From Candidatus Latescibacterota bacterium (GTDB taxonomy: Bacteria; Latescibacterota; UBA2968; UBA8231): a DNA stretch of 64,000 nucleotides. The DNA is taken from positions 2,080,001 through 2,144,000 of the forward strand of contig OZ244561.1 of assembly GCA_965217585.1 (NCBI GenBank). Direction: 5' to 3'. The number at the start of each line of letters is the position of its first letter. Within the stretch, counting starts at the first letter, position 1. Below, piece by piece: positions 9,578 to 18,755 of the stretch. A program made the translations under genes and the position numbers. The notes under the pieces were generated by a model that saw nothing but the letters and a program-made list of their open reading frames with translations, was not told where the DNA came from and did no database searches.

Positions 9578-9742
9578 TCTGGGATTGATTAGAAGCTATC
9601 TCATGCAGCCCCACCGTCTCGCCGGCGACATCCTGCAAACGATCTGCGTCAAATGATGCGTACCCTTCTATGGGGACTGGTCCCCATTTTTCTCTTCCTT
9701 GCTTGCACCATTCACAACCCAACACCTCAAAGGAGTTCCACT

Positions 9743-10816
9743 ATGAGCGACTATCTCGTCTATATCGGCACCTATTCCAGCGGCGACGAGGACGGCATTC
9801 ACGTCTACCGCCTCGACATGGCCACCGGTGCGCTCGCGCATCAAAGCAGCATCGGCGGCATTGACAACCCTTCCTTTCTCGACATTGCTCCCAACCGCCG
9901 CTTCCTCTACGCCATCGGCGAGACTAGCGCGGTCGGCGATCGGCCCGGCGGCGCGGTTGCGGCCTTTGCCATTGACCAGCAGAGTGGGGCCCTCACCCAC
10001 ATCAACACCGAATCGACCGTGGGCACCGGCCCTTGCCACATCAGCATTGACCGCGCCGGCCAGTACGCGCTGGCCGCCAACTACGGCGGCGGCAGCGTCG
10101 CAATTCTGCCGATCCGCGAAGACGGCTCGCTCGGCGCGGCCACGGATTTCGTCCAACACGAAGGTTCTTCGGTCAACCGAGGCCGCCAGGAGGGGCCACA
10201 CGCCCACTCGATTATGGTCGCCCCCAACAACAAACACGCCTTTGCCCCAGATTTGGGCATCGACAAGGTGCTCATCTATGCGATTGACCACGATAAGGGG
10301 ACACTCAGCGCGCAGACGCCCGCGGAAATCGCCCCCGGCAGCGGCCCGCGCCACCTCGCCTTCCACCCCGACAGCCAACGGGCTTACGTCATCAACGAAC
10401 TAAGCAACACCATCACGGCTTTTGACTACGACGCCGACGCCGGCACGCTCGCCACCACCCAGACCATCTCGACGCTACCCGATGGCTATGCGGAGGTCAG
10501 CCACACCGCCGACATCCACGTCCACCCCAACGGCCGCTTTCTCTACGGGTCCAATCGCGGCCACGACTCCATTGCCGTCTATGCCATCGACCAAGACACC
10601 GGCCAGCTCGCACTCGTCGAGATCGTGCCGACCGGCGGTGCCAACCCGCGCAACTTCGGCCTCGACCCCACGGGCACCTACCTAATCGCTGGCAACCACA
10701 GCACCAACGACATCTTCACCTTCCGCGTCGATCCAGACACCGGCAAGCTCACGCCTACCGGCCACAAGGCCGAAGTCGGCACGCCCGTGTGCCACAAGTT
10801 CATTCCGGTTTTTTAG
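9743..10816 (+). CDS. pgl: 6-phosphogluconolactonase-like lactonase (7-bladed beta-propeller)
   Basis: VYIGTYS, NPSFL, ANYGGGSV, RQEGPHAH, GSGPRHLAFHP, SNRGHDSI and PRNF; AAGGAG RBS before MSDYL. Confidence 0.9.
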   Translation: MSDYLVYIGTYSSGDEDGIHVYRLDMATGALAHQSSIGGIDNPSFLDIAPNRRFLYAIGETSAVGDRPGGAVAAFAIDQQSGALTHINTESTVGTGPCHISIDRAGQYALAANYGGGSVAILPIREDGSLGAATDFVQHEGSSVNRGRQEGPHAHSIMVAPNNKHAFAPDLGIDKVLIYAIDHDKGTLSAQTPAEIAPGSGPRHLAFHPDSQRAYVINELSNTITAFDYDADAGTLATTQTISTLPDGYAEVSHTADIHVHPNGRFLYGSNRGHDSIAVYAIDQDTGQLALVEIVPTGGANPRNFGLDPTGTYLIAGNHSTNDIFTFRVDPDTGKLTPTGHKAEVGTPVCHKFIPVF

Positions 10817-10824
10817 GAATAGAC

Positions 10825-10870
10825 GGCAGGGCGTGCAACGTTGCTATTGGACTGCGTTGTACGTCCTGCC
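10825..10870. repeat. REP-like imperfect palindrome
   Basis: ggcagggcgtgcaacg (10825-10840) pairs with cgttgtacgtcctgcc (10855-10870) with two G-T pairs. Confidence 0.6.
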
Positions 10871-10945
10871 GGTTGGTGCCTAGCGCCGGTCGAGAAGTAG
10901 CAGGCGCATCGTACCACATTGAGAAAAGGGTTCGCACGACAAGCT

Positions 10946-11593
10946 ATGGCTCGGGCGATCATTTTTGACTTTGACCTTACACTAGCGGACCCAACAAAAG
11001 GCACCATTGAGTGTGTTAATTTTGCGCTGGAGAGGTTGAATCTGCCCCAAGCCGATGACAAGCGTATCAAGCGAACTATCGGTATGTCCCTAGAGGACAC
11101 TTTTCTAAATTTGACTGGGCAAACAAACAATCAGAATGTCAGTTTGTTCGCAAGCAACTTTGTCAAACGAGCCGATCAGGTTATGGCGGACTTAACATCC
11201 ATGTTTGATAGCGTCCCTGCGACAACTGAGCGATTGATCGAAATGGGTTTTGCATTGGGAATCGTGTCAACGAAATTTCGCTATAGAATTGAGGAGATCC
11301 TAGCAAGGGAAGGGCTGTCCAATCGCTTTCGCGTCATCATCGGCGGAGAAGATGTTGCCGAACCCAAACCACATCCCAGTGGTTTGACAGCCGCTATCGC
11401 TAAAATGCAAATAGATGCTAATGATGTGCTTTACGTTGGCGACAGTACGATTGATGCGTTAACGGCCGAACGGGCCAGGGTGCCCTTTATTGCGGTACTA
11501 TCAGGCACGACAAGCAAAAGTGAATTTGACGAAGTTCCCAAAATTGCGGTTATCGACGACATTTCAGCGTTACCTCGATTGCTTAGTGCTTAA
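10946..11593 (+). CDS. HAD-family hydrolase (phosphoglycolate phosphatase-like), lower GC
   Basis: FDFDLTLAD, GIVSTK, KPHP and YVGDSTID. Confidence 0.9.
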   Translation: MARAIIFDFDLTLADPTKGTIECVNFALERLNLPQADDKRIKRTIGMSLEDTFLNLTGQTNNQNVSLFASNFVKRADQVMADLTSMFDSVPATTERLIEMGFALGIVSTKFRYRIEEILAREGLSNRFRVIIGGEDVAEPKPHPSGLTAAIAKMQIDANDVLYVGDSTIDALTAERARVPFIAVLSGTTSKSEFDEVPKIAVIDDISALPRLLSA

Positions 11594-11701
11594 TTAGGAA
11601 GGTACTTTGCCCGAAGCGGCAAGATCATCCATCTGCCGTTGTACCCGCGAGCGATGCGGATATTTACCTGATGAATATATGCCCAAGAAAGCATTCCCAA
11701 G

Positions 11702-12124
11702 TCATTCAGGCTTGGGAGTTGTCCTGGGCTCATCTGTTACCAATTCGTATCTAATGTCGCTAAAGCGGTCCAGACGATGATCGTTGGTTAGAAATACATC
11801 GCAACTCGACTCCACAGCGGCAGCAAGATGAATTGCATCAGGTGTTCTAAAGCCGTGCTGCGCTCGAATCTCGGTCGCCCGATCCATGATTGGCCGCGAT
11901 AGAACGACCACTTCTGATATCGCCCCATTAAAAAACTCATCGAAGTCTTTGAGCAGTTCGGTGTTACCTTCTCTCAGAGGTTTGACGCGACATTCCATTC
12001 TCGTCAGGTCACTGGCGACCAGAGTCACTTCTGACGATCCAATCCGCTCGTCAACGGCTGTAGCAAAGCCCTCGACTTGTTCAACGGTATAGATAACAGG
12101 TGCTGCGTCTAGGTAAAGCCGCAT
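11702..12124 (-). CDS. vapC: PIN-domain toxin (VapC family)
   Basis: YLDAAPVIY, TRMECRVKP, FRTPDAIHLAAA and FLTNDHRL supply the PIN acidic residues. Confidence 0.9.
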   Translation of the reverse strand: MRLYLDAAPVIYTVEQVEGFATAVDERIGSSEVTLVASDLTRMECRVKPLREGNTELLKDFDEFFNGAISEVVVLSRPIMDRATEIRAQHGFRTPDAIHLAAAVESSCDVFLTNDHRLDRFSDIRYELVTDEPRTTPKPE

Positions 12125-12127
12125 AGA

Positions 12128-12610
12128 TTACTGCTCCCAGCTTTCCCGTTCACTGTGTAGGGCAGCATCAACCTCTTCCCGAGTTGGGGGTTTATGGCCA
12201 CGCACCTGCTGTCGAGCGCGTATATCTGCCATTAGCTCCCGATAGGAACGTGAAGCACCTAGCGCAGGGGAGGCTACGCCAGCTAAGTACCGCTCCAACG
12301 CCTCTTTGACCACTTGGTTGAGGTTTGCGCCCTTCTCCTTGGCACATAGGGCTGCCCGGCGATGTAGTTCGCTCCCCATCCGCACGTTAAAACTGCCTTT
12401 GAACGGCTGTTCGGGCTGTCGTCCTTCCTGCCGGCATAGGTCGAGATAGTCGTCCACCGCTTCTTCAAAAGCGGAGCGCAGTGAATCCACATCCGCACCC
12501 TCGTAACTGACGAGATCGCGGATAAATTCGAGCTTGCCGTAGAAAATCCGGTCGTCGTCGTCGTAGTGCGCCGAGCCGGTGTAGCCCTTATAAGTCATCA
12601 TGTCTTTCAT
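12128..12610 (-). CDS. hicB: HicB-family antitoxin with extra C-terminal VapB-like tail
   Basis: YKGYTGS..FYGKLEFIRDLVSYEG..FEEAVDDYL..PFKGSFNVR..LHRRA is HicB plus RHH, followed by about 50 extra residues. Confidence 0.85.
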   Translation of the reverse strand: MKDMMTYKGYTGSAHYDDDDRIFYGKLEFIRDLVSYEGADVDSLRSAFEEAVDDYLDLCRQEGRQPEQPFKGSFNVRMGSELHRRAALCAKEKGANLNQVVKEALERYLAGVASPALGASRSYRELMADIRARQQVRGHKPPTREEVDAALHSERESWEQ

Positions 12611-12752
12611 ATCAGTCCCCTTGTTCAAGGGCTTTAGGCATCTAAGTGCGTTCCCCAAAAAGAATATATGCCGCTCTTCATAGAGCAGCAACTACATTTA
12701 GTTGCTACATCAAATCTACGGACTATTTTGGAAGAACATTTCGAAATAGCCA

Positions 12753-13913
12753 CTACCAGTTCGTATGCGACCCATCCCGGCGGCGCAAATGCGGTGGTTC
12801 CCAAAACTTGAACTCCTGCTCCCTGGCCAACTCTTCGTTGAACTCCACGCCCAGCCCTGGCCCCTCGGGCACCTTCAACATCGACCCCACCAATTCGCAC
12901 TGTACCGGAAAGAATTCTTCGTCCATGAATTTCCTTGCTTCGGTCAGCGTCACGCGGTGCTCAAGCCACGCGAAGTTGGTCACTGCTGCTGCTAGATGTA
13001 CTGTGGCCGCCGTGCAAATCGGGCCGAGGGGATTGTGTGGCATTAAGTCGATGTAGTGCGACTCCGCCAAGCTCGCCACCTTCATCGACTCGGTCAGCCC
13101 GCCGACATTGCACACATCGATCCGCGCAAACTGTGTGATGCCCCGTTCGAGATAGGGCAAAAACTGCCACTTGCTGGCAAACTCCTCGCCGATGGCAAAG
13201 GGCACATCGGTCATCGTCCTGAGCGATTCGTAGGCTTCTGGGCACTCGTCGCGGATGGGTTCTTCGAGAAAGTCGAGCGTCCCTGGCGGCATCTTCTGGC
13301 AGAACGATGCGGTCTCGGCGACCGTCAGCCGATGGTGGTAGTCAATGCCCAAGACCGGCTCGGGACCGATTTCTTGGCGCAATTCCGTCAGCCACGCGGC
13401 GGTGAGGCCGATGGTATCGCGCGGCTCGAACAGCCGCTCGTCGTCGTACTGTTTGCGCTGCACGGCTCCCGTGCGAATCACGTCCCAGCCTTTGTCCAAT
13501 AGCAGCTTGCAGTTTTTGACCAAGGTCTCTAGGTCCGGTGCCCCGGTCGTCGCAAAGCAAGGAACCCATTCGCGCTGCTTGCCGCCCAAAAGTTGATAGA
13601 CCGGCACGCCGAGTGCCTTGCCTACCACGTCGTGCAAGGCGATGTCGATGGCCGAAATCGCCGCGGTGAACACCCGCCCGCCTTCAAAGTACTGGCCGCG
13701 GTACATCTCCTGCCAGAGCCGCCCGATTTCGCGCGGGTCGCGGCCGAGCAAAAACTCTCGGTAGTGCCGCACCGCGCCCACTACGGCCAGCTCGCGCCCG
13801 GACAGGCCCGACTCGCCCCAGCCGTGGATGCCTTCGTCGGTCTCGACCTTGACGATGAGCTGATTGCGGTGGCCGACCCACGTTGGGTAGGCTTTGATGT
13901 CGCTGATTTTCAT
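12753..13913 (-). CDS. Mandelate racemase/muconate lactonizing enzyme family (galactonate dehydratase-like)
   Basis: VETDEGIHGWGE, AISAIDIALHD, DYHHR, FLEEP, IGEE, PHNPLGP and GPGLGVE. Confidence 0.9.
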   Translation of the reverse strand: MKISDIKAYPTWVGHRNQLIVKVETDEGIHGWGESGLSGRELAVVGAVRHYREFLLGRDPREIGRLWQEMYRGQYFEGGRVFTAAISAIDIALHDVVGKALGVPVYQLLGGKQREWVPCFATTGAPDLETLVKNCKLLLDKGWDVIRTGAVQRKQYDDERLFEPRDTIGLTAAWLTELRQEIGPEPVLGIDYHHRLTVAETASFCQKMPPGTLDFLEEPIRDECPEAYESLRTMTDVPFAIGEEFASKWQFLPYLERGITQFARIDVCNVGGLTESMKVASLAESHYIDLMPHNPLGPICTAATVHLAAAVTNFAWLEHRVTLTEARKFMDEEFFPVQCELVGSMLKVPEGPGLGVEFNEELAREQEFKFWEPPHLRRRDGSHTNW

Positions 13914-13933
13914 GGGTTATATCTCCTTGTTAT

Positions 13934-14722
13934 TTAGCGCAATAACTCGACCAATTGTTCGTAGATTCCCGGCGTAGCCGCGACCAAGTCGCGGCCGTAC
14001 AATTCTTCCGGCAGTTCGCCCTCCACGGGCTGTAAGTGCCCAACGCGAGCGCCCGCTTCCCGCGCTATCAGGGCCGCCGCCGCCAAGTCCCAAGGCTTGA
14101 GCGCCTCGTAAAAGCCGTCGAGCCGACCCATCGCCACCCAGCAGAGATCAATAGCAGCCGAGCCTACGCGGCGGATGTCGCGGCAGTGTCCGAGGACGCG
14201 GCGCAAGCGCTCCACCAGCGCCACTCTGGCCTCGGCGGCGTAGGGGAAGCCCGTGCCAATCAGGGCGCGGGATAGCTGATTGCACTCGCTGGCCCGGATG
14301 GCGCGGCCGTTAAGCCAAGCACCCGCACCACGCCGGGCGGTAAAGGTCTCATCCACGAACGGGCAGCGCACCACTCCGACCTGTACTTGACCGCCTTCGG
14401 CAAAGGCGATCGACACGGCTACTTGGTGCTGGTTATAGGCGTAGTTGACGGTGCCGTCAATCGGATCGACGACCCACAAGGGACCGCGTAGCTGGGCCGG
14501 GTCTGTAAGGTGGGGCGAGGACTCTTCGGAGAGGATGTAGTGGTCGGGAAAGGTCTTTTCGATCTCGCTACGGATGAGTTGGTCGGACTGCAAATCAGCC
14601 GACGTCAACAGCTCAATCCCCTCCTTGTAGCTCAGATCCAGTGCCCGGTCCTCACGTGCTTTGGCGATCAGCACCCCGGCGCGCCGGGCGAGGTCTTCGG
14701 CAAATTCGAGAACCTCGCTCAA
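13934..14722 (-). CDS. suhB: Inositol monophosphatase family protein
   Basis: SEE, WVVDPIDGTVNY, RRVGSAAIDLCWVAMGRLDGFYE and WDLAAA; TTG start overlaps the upstream TGA. Confidence 0.85.
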   Translation of the reverse strand: MSEVLEFAEDLARRAGVLIAKAREDRALDLSYKEGIELLTSADLQSDQLIRSEIEKTFPDHYILSEESSPHLTDPAQLRGPLWVVDPIDGTVNYAYNQHQVAVSIAFAEGGQVQVGVVRCPFVDETFTARRGAGAWLNGRAIRASECNQLSRALIGTGFPYAAEARVALVERLRRVLGHCRDIRRVGSAAIDLCWVAMGRLDGFYEALKPWDLAAAALIAREAGARVGHLQPVEGELPEELYGRDLVAATPGIYEQLVELLR

Positions 14723-15855
14723 CAGTGCGCCCCCAACTCCATTGGATACGGCGACAGATTCTCCAAGCCGCCCTCGGTAATCAGGTACATATTTTCCAAT
14801 CGCACCCCCGCCCGCGCCTCGGGGATATAGGCTCCCGGCTCGACCGAGACCACATTGCCCACGCGCAAGGTGCCGCCGCGCTCCTTGTTGAGATCGGGCA
14901 TCTGGTGCGCCCGCAGGCCGATGTTGTGCCCGGCGTGGTGGATCAAGCCGACGTCGGCCAATTTGGGATGCTCGCGGATATAGGCGTCCATGGCCACTGC
15001 GCATTCGCGGCCGTCCTTGCCCGGCCGCAAGTATTCGCCGACGTGGTCGTGAAAGCCCTTGACGTGATCGAAGACGGACTGCTGCACCTCGGTCGGCTCG
15101 CCCACCGCAAAGCTGCGGCACAAATCCGCCCAATAGCCGCGGTACACCGACCAAGCGTCGATGACGTAGATTTCCCCGGCCTCGATCGGGCGATTGCGCG
15201 CAAAACCGCCCAGCTCGCCGCACTGGTAGTCGCCGTCGTGGAAAACCTTCTCACCGGCCGCAAGATGCGCTGCCCGCTGCGCTGCCGCTAGCACTGCCAG
15301 CTCGTTGACGCCTGGGGCCATCGCCGCTTCTGCCGCGGCGTAGGCCGCCAGATCGACCTGCACTACCTTGCGCAGCAGTTCGATCTCGTCGGGATCCTTG
15401 ACCTCCTGCATGTCGGCGAGCAGATCATCAACCGCGACCCATGCGGGCGTTTTGCCCAGCCCTTCCTCAACCGCCAGCCCCAAGCGACGCGGCAAAAACT
15501 CGCTCTGCCAGCCCAAGCGCCCAGCCACCGGCTTTTTGGCGCGCAGCGTATCGACGATTAGCCCACTTATCACCTCGCGCAAGTCGGGCGTGACCGTGCC
15601 GCCGACGCTGAGGGAAAAGGTGAAACACTCGTCGGCGCACGGCTCGCCTTCGTCGGTATGTGCGATCAGCAAGGAGCGCCCATCGGCCCCCAGCCAGAAG
15701 AGCGCCGGCGGACCGGGAAACTCTTCGGGGATGATGATTCCGGTGAAGTAGTAGATTTCCTTCGGGTGATTGATCACGGCCGCGTCGATATCGAGTTCGG
15801 CCAGCCGCGCACACAGGCGTTGCTGCCGAGTGCGGCATCCTTCTTTGCTCAGCAT
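14719..15855 (-). CDS. Xaa-Pro peptidase family (M24) metalloenzyme
   Basis: VKDPDEIELLR, IDA..GYWADLCR, GHNIGLRAH, SVEPG and VRLEN metal ligands. Confidence 0.85.
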   Translation of the reverse strand: MLSKEGCRTRQQRLCARLAELDIDAAVINHPKEIYYFTGIIIPEEFPGPPALFWLGADGRSLLIAHTDEGEPCADECFTFSLSVGGTVTPDLREVISGLIVDTLRAKKPVAGRLGWQSEFLPRRLGLAVEEGLGKTPAWVAVDDLLADMQEVKDPDEIELLRKVVQVDLAAYAAAEAAMAPGVNELAVLAAAQRAAHLAAGEKVFHDGDYQCGELGGFARNRPIEAGEIYVIDAWSVYRGYWADLCRSFAVGEPTEVQQSVFDHVKGFHDHVGEYLRPGKDGRECAVAMDAYIREHPKLADVGLIHHAGHNIGLRAHQMPDLNKERGGTLRVGNVVSVEPGAYIPEARAGVRLENMYLITEGGLENLSPYPMELGAHC

Positions 15856-16075
15856 AGTGTTTTCCTTTTCGGTACTGCCGCCAGCATCCCTCCGCTGCGA
15901 GTGCTGGCGGCGCGGCTTAGTTTCTATTGATCGCAACTGCGACGGGACGGACATATTAACGAACCGCATCGCTCCTGAAAAGTTAGGCTGAGCGCGGTGG
16001 CATCCTCCCCGCGCCTTGAGCCACCCGCTAGCCGCTCCGTATATTCTCAGCCCATTCCCAAACGAAAGTACATTC

Positions 16076-17248
16076 ATGATTCCGAACCGACTCATTCTCG
16101 CCGCCTGTCTATTTCTCGCTCCGCTCCCAGCATCGAGCGAAGGTTTCCACGGCTTTGACCCGGCGACCTACGACGGGCTGATGCTCCCGCCGACAGCGCT
16201 ACAGGCAATGGCTGCCGAGGCCGCGCAACACTCGCCCCCTAAAAACGGCGAAAACCTAGTCTTTGGCTTTGCCAACCTGCAGCGCGACATCAGCTTTGGC
16301 ATCAAGGTCGAAAAGAGCATTGAGCGCAACGCCGAGGCCACCGGTATCGAGTTGCTGATCGCCGACAACCGGCTCGACGGGCCGACCGCCCTAGCCAACG
16401 CCGAGAGCTTTGCCCGACGCCAAGTTGACTTCTGCATCGAGTTCCAAACCGACGTCAACTTCGGTCCGGCGATCATGCAGCACTTCGACCGCAAGCAGAT
16501 CGGCGTGGTCGCCATCGACATCCCCATGCCGGGTGCCACCTACTTCGGCGCAAACAACCCCCGCTCGGGTTTTATGGGCGGCTCCTATCTGGCGCAGGCG
16601 GCCAAAGTGCGCTTTGGCGACCGGGCGCTCACCGAGGGGTATTTCGTCGTTGGCGAACTGCCGCAGTCGGGCGCGATCCCCGCCATGCGCACGGAGGGAC
16701 AGATTGCCGGTTTCCTCGCCTCGCTGCCCGGCTTCCCCCCCGAACGCATCATCCGCATCGACACCAAGAACACGCTGCAATACTCCTTCCAGCAGATGAG
16801 CAACGCGCTCGGACGCATCCCCCAAGGCGCGCCGATCCTGATCACCGCCATCAACGACCAGTCGGTCTCCGGCATGTTGCGCGCCGTGCAGCAGCAGGGG
16901 CGCGGCGAAGACGCGCTGGTCGTTGGTAAGGGTGCCGACGAGTTGGAGACGATGGTCGCGGAGGAGCACTTCATCGCCTCGGTCGCCTATTTCCCCGAGC
17001 GCTATGGCAACTATCTCATCCCGCTGAGCCTAATGCGTCTGGCTGGCCGCGACGTGCCACCGGCGGTCTCGGTCAACCACGTAATGGTCCACCCGGCCAA
17101 CATCTGTCAATTCTACCCCGAACACGAATGCCAAGGCGAACCGGGCTTCGACTACGTCTTCCCACAGGAAGCCTTTGTCGCACATCTGGCCACCCTGAAG
17201 GGCAAGCCCGAACTCGCCGGCTACGAGCAGTTGATCCCCGACCACTAG
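16076..17248 (+). CDS. Sugar ABC transporter substrate-binding protein (RbsB-like)
   Basis: Signal peptide, VVAIDIPMPGATYFGANN and INDQSVSG; first gene of an ABC operon. Confidence 0.85.
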   Translation: MIPNRLILAACLFLAPLPASSEGFHGFDPATYDGLMLPPTALQAMAAEAAQHSPPKNGENLVFGFANLQRDISFGIKVEKSIERNAEATGIELLIADNRLDGPTALANAESFARRQVDFCIEFQTDVNFGPAIMQHFDRKQIGVVAIDIPMPGATYFGANNPRSGFMGGSYLAQAAKVRFGDRALTEGYFVVGELPQSGAIPAMRTEGQIAGFLASLPGFPPERIIRIDTKNTLQYSFQQMSNALGRIPQGAPILITAINDQSVSGMLRAVQQQGRGEDALVVGKGADELETMVAEEHFIASVAYFPERYGNYLIPLSLMRLAGRDVPPAVSVNHVMVHPANICQFYPEHECQGEPGFDYVFPQEAFVAHLATLKGKPELAGYEQLIPDH

Positions 17249-17249
17249 C

Positions 17250-18755
17250 ATGGGCCATACCGCACCCTTGTTGCAGATGGCAGGCATCTGCAAATCCTTC
17301 GGCAGCGCCCAAGTTTTGCGCGAGGTTGATCTTCGTTTAGACGCCGGGGAGGTCTTAGCGCTGCTGGGCGCCAACGGGGCGGGTAAATCCACGCTAGTGA
17401 AGATCCTCTGCGGCGTGTACAGTCGCGACGCTGGCACCGTCCGCCTCGACGGTCAGGCAGTGCGCTACGACCGGCCCGAGGAGGCCATCGCCCACGGCGT
17501 CCGCTTTTTGCCCCAGGAAGTATCGGTCTTGCCCGATCTCACGGTCGCCGAAAACATCCTCATCGCCGATCTGCCGCTCAAACGCTCGTGGCTTGGCAAG
17601 GAAGTGGACCGCACGGCGCTGCGCGCCAAAGCGCGGGCATTGCTCGACCGGCTCGGCTGCGACCTCGATCCCGACGCGCCGGTACACCAGCTTTCCGCAC
17701 CGCACAAGCGCCTAGTAGAGATCGCCCGCGCCCTCGCCGGCCAAGCGCGGATCATCGTCATGGACGAGCCAACCGCTGCCCTCGCCGACCGCGAGGTGCA
17801 AGCGCTCTTCGCCGTGGTCGAGCGGCTCAAGGCGCAGCAGATCGGCATCATCTACATATCCCACTACCTCGACGAGGTCTTCGAGATCGCCGACCGTATC
17901 ACCGTGCTCCGCGACGGGCTAAACGCCGGCGATTTCGCCACCGCTTCGCGGCGCGCAGTCCTCGACGCCATGCTCGGCACCACCGTTGGCGAACTCTACC
18001 CGCCGCGAGGCGCAAGCATTGGCGAGGTTGCGTTGGAGGTCGAAAACCTGAGCCTGCCCGGCGCGCTCGACAGCGTGTCCTTCTCGATCCACCGCGGCGA
18101 GATCCTCGGCGTCTTCGGTCTGCTCGGCTCGGGGATCGACCAGCTCGGTCGGGCCATCTACGGTGCGCTAGGTCCGCTGCCCGGCGCTCGCATTGCGCTC
18201 GGGGGAGCACCCTATATCCCGACCAACCCGCGCCGGGGCCGCGACGCGGGCATCGGTTTTGTCGCTGCCGAACGCCAACGCGAGGGCATCGTCCCCGACC
18301 TCGGCGTCAGTGCCAATATCACCCTGCCCTTTATCGACCGCTTCGTGCGCCTGTTCTCCGTGTCCAAGCCACGCGAAGCAAGCCACGCGCAAAGCTGGAT
18401 CGACCGACTGGGGATTCGCGCTGCTCACCCCGACCAACCGCTGCGCTTGCTCTCGGGCGGCAACCAGCAGAAGGCCTGCTTGGCCCGCTGGCTGGTCGAG
18501 GGCCTCAAGGTACTCATCCTCGAAGAACCGACCCGAGGCGTGGACTTGGGCGCCCGCCACGAACTCTACTTGGCGCTGCGGCAGTGGACCCAACAGGGGC
18601 TTGCCGTACTCTTGATTTCCTCCGACGCCGAAGAAGTCGCCGGCGTCTGCGACCGTTCCATCGTCCTCGACCGCGGTCGGGTGTCCAGCCGCTTTTCTGG
18701 CGGCGCGGCTCCGGCCGACTTGCTCCACACCCCGACTGCGAAAGACCTTCCATGA
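17250..18755 (+). CDS. Sugar ABC transporter ATP-binding protein (RbsA-like, two NBDs)
   Basis: GANGAGKST, MDEPTAAL, ISHYL, LSGGNQQK and EEPTRGVDLG. Confidence 0.95.
   Translation: MGHTAPLLQMAGICKSFGSAQVLREVDLRLDAGEVLALLGANGAGKSTLVKILCGVYSRDAGTVRLDGQAVRYDRPEEAIAHGVRFLPQEVSVLPDLTVAENILIADLPLKRSWLGKEVDRTALRAKARALLDRLGCDLDPDAPVHQLSAPHKRLVEIARALAGQARIIVMDEPTAALADREVQALFAVVERLKAQQIGIIYISHYLDEVFEIADRITVLRDGLNAGDFATASRRAVLDAMLGTTVGELYPPRGASIGEVALEVENLSLPGALDSVSFSIHRGEILGVFGLLGSGIDQLGRAIYGALGPLPGARIALGGAPYIPTNPRRGRDAGIGFVAAERQREGIVPDLGVSANITLPFIDRFVRLFSVSKPREASHAQSWIDRLGIRAAHPDQPLRLLSGGNQQKACLARWLVEGLKVLILEEPTRGVDLGARHELYLALRQWTQQGLAVLLISSDAEEVAGVCDRSIVLDRGRVSSRFSGGAAPADLLHTPTAKDLP

Noticed and set aside
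11594-11701. Fragment DADIYLMN resembling a TolB/PD40 repeat
   Set aside because: Eight residues with no start or further similarity; could be chance.
12611-12660. hicA remnant upstream of hicB
   Set aside because: Only a few codons (KALEQG) vaguely resemble a HicA end; too short to support.
14723-15223. N-terminal extension of SuhB (429-aa ORF)
   Set aside because: It overlaps the M24 peptidase in another frame; IMPase similarity begins near 14722.
15877-15911. 10-bp inverted repeat upstream of the M24 peptidase
   Set aside because: GC-rich stem with no U tract or recognisable motif; expected by chance at this GC content.
17588-18751. 705-aa ORF suggesting a permease fusion
   Set aside because: The N-terminal part is an Arg/Pro-rich off-frame overlay of the ATPase; the permease starts at the ATGA overlap at 18752.
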